Shown in pieces: positions 19,911-27,549 of a DNA stretch of 58,288 bases. Position numbers and translations under genes: made by a program. The DNA is from Cyanobacteria bacterium J06626_4 (GTDB taxonomy: Bacteria; Cyanobacteriota; Cyanobacteriia; Phormidesmidales; Phormidesmidaceae). The stretch is from positions 1-58,288 of the forward strand of contig JBCBJQ010000027.1 of the NCBI GenBank assembly GCA_038523235.1. Reading direction: 5' to 3'. The notes under the pieces were generated by a model. That model was not told where the DNA came from, did no database searches, and was given only the letters and a program-made list of their open reading frames with translations. Position 1 is the first letter of the stretch. Each line of letters opens with the position of its first letter.

Positions 19911-20169
19911 ATGTACCCAGGAGGGGGGCTCGTAGATGCATAGGCGGCTGGTTTTGTTCAGCCACAAACTCTTCAAAGCTGGAAAAGCGGCCTTGCTCAA
20001 AGTCATTGAGCCCCTGCTGAATGCCTTCTAGCGCGGCGAAAAAGTCATCGTCTTCGAGGCTGAGTCCCAGAGTGAGTACGGCAATGTGGTGCAGGTCTTG
20101 CCCGGTGGCTTCGGCTCGCTGTCGCAATAGGGCTTCGACTTGGGGTGGCAGGTCTAGCGTGATTGTCAT
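19909..20169 (-). CDS. Putative antitoxin (ribbon-helix-helix-like); no partner toxin, C-terminus runs into the repeat
   Basis: MTITLDLPPQVEALLRQRAEATG...ALEGIQQGLNDFEQGRFSSFEEF, typical of small cyanobacterial antitoxin-like proteins. Confidence 0.6.
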   Translation of the reverse strand: MTITLDLPPQVEALLRQRAEATGQDLHHIAVLTLGLSLEDDDFFAALEGIQQGLNDFEQGRFSSFEEFVAEQNQPPMHLRAPLLGT

Positions 20170-20237
20170 ATCAGAGCAGAGGGCGGGTTGACAAGGTATT
20201 TCAAAGATCGAGGATACGAGGATGTTTGCCCCTGAAC

Positions 20238-20285
20238 CTATGGCTCTCCACGGAAGGCGCGTTGCAGAGGGAGCTGAAGCGGTTC
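20238..20285 (-). repeat. Degenerate duplicate of the hsdS 3' end
   Basis: CCACGGAAGGCGCGTTG at 20248-20264 is identical to 21034-21050. It encodes LQRAFRGEP* versus LQRAFRGEL*. Confidence 0.9.
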
Positions 20286-20292
20286 CAGGAAC

Positions 20293-20700
20293 TTAAGGGG
20301 TAATGAGGGAAATCGAAGGAAAATAGGTTTGGTAGCGACTGACGTCGCGGGTCAGCAGGGGCCAGTTTTGCACAGCGGCGTGGGCACCAATATAAAAGTC
20401 AGGCAGCGGAGAACGGCGGTTTCCGCCTTGTTGCCGATAGCGGAGAAAGGCTTTGCCTGCCAGGAATGCTGCAGGGTAGGGCAGCAGTTCGCGCCGAAAA
20501 AATGTCTCTGGCAAGGCTGATTCAAGCTCATCAGGTTGATTGAAGCCGACCGAGACCTCAGCAAAGATGATGGGATTGATGACAAGGGTGTTGCCTTGGT
20601 CAGTATTCATGGCAAGTTGTTGCGCTGACCAGTCAAACTAGGTGGGATCTTCGGTCAACACATCGAGCAGAACGTTGCTATCAACCAAAATGACGGTCAT
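20293..20700 (-). pseudogene. vapC: VapC/PIN toxin with an in-frame amber stop at codon 21
   Basis: MTVILVDSNVLLDVLTEDPT*FDWSAQQL...INPIIFAEVS...PLPDFYIGAHA...LLTRD; TAG at 20638-20640; start overlaps the antitoxin stop (ATGA). Confidence 0.85.
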
Positions 20701-20933
20701 GCATTGTCGCGGGTGAGGTGCAGAATTTCGTCGGCACTCAAGTTTGCGGTAGCCCGACCGCGCAGGTTGGCAATCAGTTGTGCGCCTTTTGATGAGGTTT
20801 GAGAGTGTTGTACTTGCAGGGTTTTGCCCACAATTTGAATCTGCACTTCGGCCCCTGGCGATAAACCCAGCTGGGCCAATAACTCTGCCGGAATGGTGAT
20901 TTGTCCTTGCTCGTCAAGCTGCAGTGTGAACAT
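20697..20933 (-). CDS. AbrB/MazE/SpoVT-family antitoxin
   Basis: EQGQITIPAELLAQLGLSPGAEV...LRGRATANLSADEILHLTR, directly upstream of the PIN gene. Confidence 0.85.
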   Translation of the reverse strand: MFTLQLDEQGQITIPAELLAQLGLSPGAEVQIQIVGKTLQVQHSQTSSKGAQLIANLRGRATANLSADEILHLTRDNA

Positions 20934-21023
20934 CCTGTCCCTCCGAGACTGCTCCCATCATGACACTTTCCCTTAACCCCTTACCTACGATGCTTCACCA
21001 TCCACCCATCTACCCATCCACTC

Positions 21024-22214
21024 CTACAGTTCCCCACGGAAGGCGCGTTGAAGAAGGGAGTTGAAAAGTTCGTTCTCTTCTGTTTCTAGCCTGCTCGCCT
21101 TTTTGCTCAGCGCATAAGATTTGAGGTGTATGTAGCCGAATTTTTCTTGCAAAGATACAGGGGGTAGGGGAATCGGCAGCTTCTTAATGATGCCCATATT
21201 TAAGCCATCCATGATGGCCCCTTTAGCATTTCGCTCTAAATAAAGGCGTGCCTTTGGATGAAGTAGAAAATATGAGTGTAAAAACTCCGGTATACATTTC
21301 CTTCTATCGAGTGTGATGCAGCAAAGATGTTTTGTATTAATGGCTTCTGAACAATCATCTGGAACGATTGCGCACCTTCCACAGGTTCCCATGATGGTGA
21401 TTAGTACATCACCAGGATGAACCTTGTAGCGCTTCAGCTCTTCATACTTATCTTCAGTAATATACCTAGGCTTAGCCCAGAAGAATTCATTTTTAACTGC
21501 GTTGTCTATCCCTAGAACAGCGATACCTGAGTCAACAAATTCGCTATGGAGAAGTTGACTGCCAAAGGGGCCAGTTCTGATAGAGCCTTTTTGTTCTCTG
21601 GCAATGTTTTCAACGGTTGTGATTTCCCAGTCATTGCCATTTGCATCGTCAAACATGTCGAGAAAGATCGATCGCAACAACTCCTCGGTCAGCGCGATCG
21701 CCTCCTTCCGCTTGCGCCGCACTGCATCTGCCTTATCCAAAATCGCCGCAATCCGCCGCTGTTCTTCAATGGGCGGCAGGGGAATTTGAGTATTGCGAAT
21801 AATATGCTGGCTAATGTTTGGTTGAGCTCCACCTACTCTTTGATCCAGCCATTTCGGAACTTGTTTACTTAATGCGTAGAACATGTACCGCTGGTCAGCA
21901 ACGGCTTCGTCAGGGACAATATGGCAAACTGCTTGATTGCTTGACGCTGGAATTCCAAGAGTTGCAATTCGTCCAACCGTAGCACCGTACATAGCGACAA
22001 GTAGCGCACCTGGCGGAATCATTTTTGCGCTGGTTTCCGACAAAGCAGCTTCGGTGATTTTCTCTTCTGTCTCAAGAATGACAGTTTCTCTCAATTCGCC
22101 TGATTTAACCCAGGGAATTGAACCATTATAGTATTTGCTCTCTTGTTTTCTTGAAGGAGTCCCACCGCTACCTGTTTTGCAAAATTCACCTATAGGTTTC
22201 AGGTGCAAATTCAT
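21024..22214 (-). CDS. hsdS: Type I R-M specificity subunit
   Basis: Two TRDs (GGTPSR...IPWVKSGEL; TGPFGSQL), central IPLPPIEEQRRIAAILDKAD, C-terminal LFNSLLQRAFRGEL. Confidence 0.96.
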   Translation of the reverse strand: MNLHLKPIGEFCKTGSGGTPSRKQESKYYNGSIPWVKSGELRETVILETEEKITEAALSETSAKMIPPGALLVAMYGATVGRIATLGIPASSNQAVCHIVPDEAVADQRYMFYALSKQVPKWLDQRVGGAQPNISQHIIRNTQIPLPPIEEQRRIAAILDKADAVRRKRKEAIALTEELLRSIFLDMFDDANGNDWEITTVENIAREQKGSIRTGPFGSQLLHSEFVDSGIAVLGIDNAVKNEFFWAKPRYITEDKYEELKRYKVHPGDVLITIMGTCGRCAIVPDDCSEAINTKHLCCITLDRRKCIPEFLHSYFLLHPKARLYLERNAKGAIMDGLNMGIIKKLPIPLPPVSLQEKFGYIHLKSYALSKKASRLETEENELFNSLLQRAFRGEL

Positions 22215-22246
22215 CCCAACATCCCCTTCAGCGTATCCAAATCCTG
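22211..22246 (-). repeat. Degenerate duplicate of the hsdM 3' end, overlapping the hsdS start (ATGA)
   Basis: 27/36 identical to 23710-23745; encodes QDLDTLKGMLG* versus QDLDTLEEMLG*. Confidence 0.85.
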
Positions 22247-22266
22247 ATGGAGTAACTGTTCCCAGC

Positions 22267-22854
22267 TCATGTGCCCGCCTGCAAAATCTGCTTTGCCGTC
22301 AGCTCTGCCCCAGCCAGTTCGCTCAGCAGTGGCGAGGTGACGACAGACTCCTCCTCAAAAGTGGCTTCTTCGTAAAGCCCTTCCACCAAAGTCAGCACCG
22401 TCACCCGCTGGGTGATCGGGTCCACGATCCAGTATTCAGCGATCGCTCTGGCCTGATATTGCGATCGCTTGTAACGATAATCGCGGTCAATATTCTTCTT
22501 CCCCGGCGATACCACCTCAACCACTAACCGGGGCGGCGGCATCTCCATCGTAATCGTGGATCGCGTCGCCTCAGCTAGGGCTGATGCAGCCTCTTCCGAC
22601 AACACCATCAGATCAGGTAACCGCACCGTCACCCGTGACCCGCTGACTGCCACCTCAGTTTTCATCCGCAGGCGATCGTGAGCGATGCCCCGTTGTAAAA
22701 AGTAGGCAAACAAAAAAGAGGCGATTCTCAAATTCAAGTCGCTCTCGGGCGGCATGGCGATCGGTTCCCCATTCTCCAATTCGTAGAGGGTTTCTGTGTC
22801 TTCCGTATAAGCAAAGAAGTCTTCCAGACTCATCGGGACCGTTGTGATGGTCAT
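22267..22854 (-). CDS. Uma2 family endonuclease
   Basis: YELENGEPIAMPPES, RLPDLMVL, PPRLVVEVVSPG, DYRYKRSQY, EYWIVDP. Confidence 0.93.
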   Translation of the reverse strand: MTITTVPMSLEDFFAYTEDTETLYELENGEPIAMPPESDLNLRIASFLFAYFLQRGIAHDRLRMKTEVAVSGSRVTVRLPDLMVLSEEAASALAEATRSTITMEMPPPRLVVEVVSPGKKNIDRDYRYKRSQYQARAIAEYWIVDPITQRVTVLTLVEGLYEEATFEEESVVTSPLLSELAGAELTAKQILQAGT

Positions 22855-22887
22855 GGTGTGGTTATCTCCAGTCCTTACATTGCGCCA

Positions 22888-22948
22888 TTATCTGCACATC
22901 CTCTCCAGGGAATTTCGAGCCTGACAGATCTCAGTTTCGAGCGATCGC
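22888..22948 (-). repeat. Second degenerate duplicate of the hsdM 3' end, bounded by a HIP1 site
   Basis: 22927-22948 is 21/22 identical to 23749-23770. It encodes RSLETEICQARNSLERMCR* versus RSLEAEIRQDLDTLEEMLG*, with the stop at the same position. Confidence 0.85.
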
Positions 22949-22977
22949 GAACTCGGCAATAGTTCTCAGCCAATGAA

Positions 22978-23307
22978 TCAAGCACTGATTAACTCCCGAT
23001 CGCGGTCTTGATTGCGAAACTCATCCAATAGCTCAAAGAACTTCTCGAACCCCGTCTTTTCATCATGGCAAGACAGCATAATCAGCTTCGCCCAAGAGGT
23101 GACCGATTTCACCCCTAGCTTTTGCTGCAGCCACGGCTGAAACTCCTCATAAAACCGCTCCTCCTCTGCCGTCAGTTCGGTCCCCAGCTCACTGCGGGCA
23201 ATTTCATAACCGTTCAACACCATGAACAGCGCATTCACCGAGGGATACCCCAGATACATGCCGGGGCTTTTTTGAATCCGGTCTAAGAGGTTAAATACCG
23301 TTGACAT
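22978..23307 (-). CDS. Hypothetical protein, putative immunity partner of the papain-fold toxin
   Basis: LLDRIQKSPGMYLG...FQPWLQQK...SWAKLI...FFELLDEF; overlaps the toxin 3' end by 17 bp. Confidence 0.6.
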   Translation of the reverse strand: MSTVFNLLDRIQKSPGMYLGYPSVNALFMVLNGYEIARSELGTELTAEEERFYEEFQPWLQQKLGVKSVTSWAKLIMLSCHDEKTGFEKFFELLDEFRNQDRDRELISA

Positions 23308-23713
23308 TGCCTGTGTCCCCCATCGTCAAAAGGTCTGAAAGTGTAATCTCCTCAAGGACAAACCGACCACTGATGCACTGAAAGTCGTCTAGCCAATCCG
23401 CTCGTGTCAGTCCCTCGCGTCCCAAATTGTCAAACACTCGCCCGCGCACCTCAACCCCATAATGGGTGCCATTCTCCGTGATGGATTCTTCGTCGCCATG
23501 ACGTTTGCTGGTGATAAAGACCTCCGTTCGGCGTCGAGTTCTCAACCGGAGAATGGTGCCGTCAATGCCCCTTGCTTGTAACCACTGAGCCAGCGCGATC
23601 GCGCACTTATCACATTCTAAAAGGGGATAGGCGGTAGCGATTTGTCCGACTTTTCGCCAAATTTCCTCGTCAGCTGAGCGATCAGCCTCCGGCACCCCGT
23701 CGCGATCGCTCAT
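23291..23713 (-). CDS. Stand-alone papain-fold toxin domain (Tox-PL2-like)
   Basis: ECDKCA (Cys), ITENGTHYGVEV (His), VFDN (Asp) triad-like pattern; start overlaps the hsdM stop (ATGA). Confidence 0.7.
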   Translation of the reverse strand: MSDRDGVPEADRSADEEIWRKVGQIATAYPLLECDKCAIALAQWLQARGIDGTILRLRTRRRTEVFITSKRHGDEESITENGTHYGVEVRGRVFDNLGREGLTRADWLDDFQCISGRFVLEEITLSDLLTMGDTGNVNGI

Positions 23714-25194
23714 CCCAACATTTCCTCTAAGGTATCTAGGTCCTGGCGGATCTCAGCTTCGAGCGATCGCAGCCTTTGCAAAATCACCTTTGGCGGATCG
23801 TACTGCACCTCCTCGTACTCAATTTCCTTGTAGCGGTTGATGGACAGGTCGTAAGCATTGGCCTTGATCTCCTCACGGGGGACAAAGAATGCCTTGGCCT
23901 TGCGATCGGTATCCTTTGTCGAGTCTCGCTGCTGCCAGCGCTGCAAAATATCGGGAATATCATTATCCGCCACGGGTTGCCGCTTGTCGTCCAGCGAATA
24001 CCCATCCGCCGCCATGTCATAGAACCACACTGCATCCGTGCCCTGTTCCTTCAGCCCCACTTTTGTGAAAACCAGGATCGCCGTGGAGACTCCCGCATAG
24101 GGCTTGAACACCCCCGACGGCATAGAAATCACCCCATCCAGTTTGTGCTCTTCCACCAAAATCTGGCGCATATCCTTATGGGCTTTCGAGGAGCCAAACA
24201 GCACCCCATCCGGCACAATCACGGCTCCTTTACCGCCCGTCTTCAGCAACCGCAAAAACAGCGGGATAAACAGCAGCTCGGTCTTGGTCGTTTTGAGGGT
24301 CTTGGTCAGGTCTTTGGCGATCGTGGACTTCTCCACCGCCCCCTTAAATGGCGGATTCGCCAGGATCATCGTGAAGCTGTCCTCTACCCCGGCGTGGTCT
24401 TCCGACAGGGAATCCCGCGCTTCAATGATCGGCTGTTCAATGCCGTGCAGCATCAGGTTCATGCTGCCGATGCGCAGCATGGTGGCATCAAAATCAAACC
24501 CATGGAACATCTGGGTGTTGAAATGCTCCAGATTGCCGGGGGCATTTAGCACTTGATTGCCCTCCGCATCCTGCAGCTTGCGCACATATTCTGCCGCCGC
24601 GACCAGAAAACCACCCGTTCCACAGGCCGGATCGCAGACAATGTCGCGCGGACCAGGAGCCAGCAATGCCACCATCATCTTGATGATGTGTCGGGGAGTG
24701 CGAAACTGCCCGTTCGTACCCGCTGTGCTGAGTTTGGAGAGCATGTATTCATAGAGGTCGCCCTTGGTATCGCGATCCTCCATGGGGATGTTCTCAATCT
24801 GCTCAATCACCGCTGCCAGCAGCGCTGGAGAAGCAATCAAAAACACCGCATCCCGCATGTGCTTGGCATAGGTGCTGCTTTTGGCAAAGCTCCCCATGTC
24901 CTTAATAAACGGGAACGCCTCATCCCGAATAATCCGCAGCATTTCCTCCGCATCATCCAGATTCTTGAAATGCGACCAGCGGATATGCTGCTGTCCTGGC
25001 CCAAAGGTAGGATTCTCAATCTCGCGACCTAGCCGCTGCGCTTTACGCTCCTTCGCCTGTTCCAAGTCATCCAGCCGCTTGATGAACAGCAGATACGAGA
25101 TCTGCTCAATCACTGACAGAGGATTGCTAATGCCGTTGTTCCAGAAGGTGGTCCATAGCTTATCGACCTTAGACTTCAGTTCACCAGTGATCAT
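23710..25194 (-). CDS. hsdM: Type I R-M methyltransferase
   Basis: MITGELKSKVDKLW, GQFRTPRHI, DPACGTGGFL (motif I), NPPF (motif IV), VIVPDGVLFG. Confidence 0.97.
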   Translation of the reverse strand: MITGELKSKVDKLWTTFWNNGISNPLSVIEQISYLLFIKRLDDLEQAKERKAQRLGREIENPTFGPGQQHIRWSHFKNLDDAEEMLRIIRDEAFPFIKDMGSFAKSSTYAKHMRDAVFLIASPALLAAVIEQIENIPMEDRDTKGDLYEYMLSKLSTAGTNGQFRTPRHIIKMMVALLAPGPRDIVCDPACGTGGFLVAAAEYVRKLQDAEGNQVLNAPGNLEHFNTQMFHGFDFDATMLRIGSMNLMLHGIEQPIIEARDSLSEDHAGVEDSFTMILANPPFKGAVEKSTIAKDLTKTLKTTKTELLFIPLFLRLLKTGGKGAVIVPDGVLFGSSKAHKDMRQILVEEHKLDGVISMPSGVFKPYAGVSTAILVFTKVGLKEQGTDAVWFYDMAADGYSLDDKRQPVADNDIPDILQRWQQRDSTKDTDRKAKAFFVPREEIKANAYDLSINRYKEIEYEEVQYDPPKVILQRLRSLEAEIRQDLDTLEEMLG

Positions 25195-25387
25195 GCGTGT
25201 GGTCTCTGTTTTTGAGGTTGCACTGGGGCGATGCCATGTCTTAGCGATCGCCCCGATATGCTGAAAAATTAAGGGATTGAAGCGCAGGCGAGACAGGAGT
25301 GGGTGGCAGTGACTAGGTCCCAAGCTGGTTCAAATCTTTTGCCCCTTAGCCGCGATCGCTGCCAGTCACCGCCGATCGCCTGCCCGT

Positions 25388-25699
25388 TCAGCCAATACCG
25401 GTGAAAAGGACGATCAGGGTGCCAATGCCCACGGCCACCATCAACCCTGCCGGAAAGAACTTGCGCGTTTTGATCAGACGCACAATGAACACGGTGACGA
25501 GCAGCAGCGTCACCGCGATCGCCAGCCACAGTCCCCAGGCCTGCGCCTGCAGGATGCCGAAGCCCGCCACCAGCAACAAGATGCCGGTAATGGTTCCAGA
25601 AATCAGCGAGGGTTTGCTGCCCGCCTGCTGATAGCCGATGAAGCCCCCCACGATGGACAACACACCATAGACAAAGCTCATGATGGCAGCGGCAGACAT
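25388..25699 (-). CDS. TMEM14 family membrane protein
   Basis: YGVLSIVGGFIGY..AGSKPSLISG...RLIKTRKFFPAGLM. Confidence 0.88.
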   Translation of the reverse strand: MSAAAIMSFVYGVLSIVGGFIGYQQAGSKPSLISGTITGILLLVAGFGILQAQAWGLWLAIAVTLLLVTVFIVRLIKTRKFFPAGLMVAVGIGTLIVLFTGIG

Positions 25700-26005
25700 A
25701 GGCTTGCTCTCACTCGTAAAAGACGCTTGCCCCAGCATAGTCAATCACCGTGACCCAGATCTAGCGCTCCCAAGGCGATTGCGTTCATGACTGCCGAGCC
25801 GCGATCGCTCACCCACGAGTTCAGGAACCTAAACATCAACTACACCCCGCACGTTAACTTCCAAATCCTCACCCTCTACCCTTTACCCCCCTACCCTCTA
25901 CTCCTTTCCCTTCCACTCATCGCCGACCCCTCAGCATGGGACGACTCGCTCCAGTACAGTTGGGGAACCCCGCCTCCTGCGCGGCGATCGATCTGGGCCA
26001 GAGCG

Positions 26006-27364
26006 ATGCAAACGTCCTTAGAAATTCGCGCCCTCCTGCACTTAGCCATTCCGCTCACCTGCATTCAAGTGGCAGAGGGCATGGTCAACATCGTCGATAC
26101 GCTGATGATGGGCTGGCTCGGCCCCACGGCGCTGGCAGCGGGCGGGCTCGGGGCCGTCATTTTTTGGACGATTTTGGCCCTCTTCACCGGTCTTCTAGAA
26201 ATGACCGGGGCACTAGCGGCAGAAGCTTACGGCGCTGAGGATGAGGCACGGGTGGGGGTGATTACGGCCCAGGCGCTCTTGCTGAGCTTTAGCGTTTCGC
26301 TTCCGGCGCTGCTGCTGTTTTGGCATCTGGGGGGCGTCCTCCTGTGGTTGGGGCAAGCGCCGCCGATTGTGGCCCAAACGATGGCCTATTTGCGAGCGAT
26401 GATGTGGAGCTTGCCAGCGGCACTGGGTCTGTTTGTCTTTAAAGAAATCACCACGGCCCTAATGCAGCCCCGCCTATTGACGCTGCTGATGGTGGGGAGC
26501 ATTCCGGTCAACGTGATGTTGAATGACGCTCTGATGTATGGCAAATGGGGTTTGCCGCAGTTAGGGTTGGCGGGCATTGGCGGCAGCAGCGCCCTGATCT
26601 TCTGGGGCCTATTCATCATTGCGGCTTTGTGTTTAAAGCGGCGGCGAGATCTGCGACGGTGGCAGCTATTTGGCTCGCTTGGCCGCTTAAATCCGCCCGT
26701 GTTTAAAGAAATCGTCCACCTCGGCTGGCCCCTCTGTTTTGACTACGGCACTGAGTTTGGGGCACTGACGGCGGCGGCGCTACTGATGGGCCACTGGAGC
26801 ACCGATTGGTTGGCCGCCCATCGCATTGTGATGACCACGACCGAACTGTTGCTGATGCTTTCTTGGGGCATGTCCTACGCGACGGCCATGCGCACCGCTC
26901 ACAAACTGGGGGCCGGGCGACCCGATACCGCCAAACAGGTAATGAATTTAAGCTTGGTGCTCAACTGTGGGCTGGTGTGTCTGCTGGCAGTGCCGCTGTG
27001 GCTCTTGCCCGAAACGATCGCAGGCTGGTATCTCAACCCGCGCCTACCGGAGAACCAAGGCACGGTGCAGGCAGCGATCGCCCTGTTCAAAATTGGGGTG
27101 GTGTTTCAAATCTTTCAGGGGTTTCGGCTGATTAGTTTGGGCACCCTGCAGGGACTGCGAGACACCTATTGGCTAGCCGCCGTCGATTTTGTCGCGCACT
27201 GGGCGATCGGCCTGGGCGGCGGCTATCTGCTCGGGCAAGTCCTGCAGCGGCAGGGCCTGGGGTTGTGGTGGGGGTTAGCCCTAGGCCAATTATTCGCAGC
27301 GGTGCTGCTGGGATGGCGAGTGCAATCACGCTTGCGCCAGCGCATTCGGGAAAGCTTCGATTAG
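26006..27364 (+). CDS. MATE family efflux transporter
   Basis: LAIP...VDTLMMGWLGPTALAAGGL, LGLAGIG, LGWP, GTLQGLRDT, GLWWGL; about 12 TM helices. Confidence 0.92.
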   Translation: MQTSLEIRALLHLAIPLTCIQVAEGMVNIVDTLMMGWLGPTALAAGGLGAVIFWTILALFTGLLEMTGALAAEAYGAEDEARVGVITAQALLLSFSVSLPALLLFWHLGGVLLWLGQAPPIVAQTMAYLRAMMWSLPAALGLFVFKEITTALMQPRLLTLLMVGSIPVNVMLNDALMYGKWGLPQLGLAGIGGSSALIFWGLFIIAALCLKRRRDLRRWQLFGSLGRLNPPVFKEIVHLGWPLCFDYGTEFGALTAAALLMGHWSTDWLAAHRIVMTTTELLLMLSWGMSYATAMRTAHKLGAGRPDTAKQVMNLSLVLNCGLVCLLAVPLWLLPETIAGWYLNPRLPENQGTVQAAIALFKIGVVFQIFQGFRLISLGTLQGLRDTYWLAAVDFVAHWAIGLGGGYLLGQVLQRQGLGLWWGLALGQLFAAVLLGWRVQSRLRQRIRESFD

Positions 27365-27549
27365 TCCTAGCCGCGATCGCACCCACCCGGTTATGGGCGA
27401 AACTCAATATTGCGTTAAAACCAAACCAAAGGCGGTAAGCTACAAGACGGTTTCAACCATCTGTCAGGTCAGACTTTGTCAGCGAAGAGTCAGGGCCGGC
27501 GGCGGTGAGCAAGGCTTAACTCAATATCATCGGGGGAATCTATCAGCTT

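Noticed and set aside
23776..25264. Long plus-strand ORFs opposite hsdM (and similar ones opposite hsdR and the surface protein)
   Set aside because: They are antisense shadows of well-supported genes, with no motifs.
27365..27549. Riboswitch or uORF upstream of speD-speE
   Set aside because: I found no recognisable SAM or guanidine aptamer consensus, and the 62-aa overlapping ORF has no supporting features.
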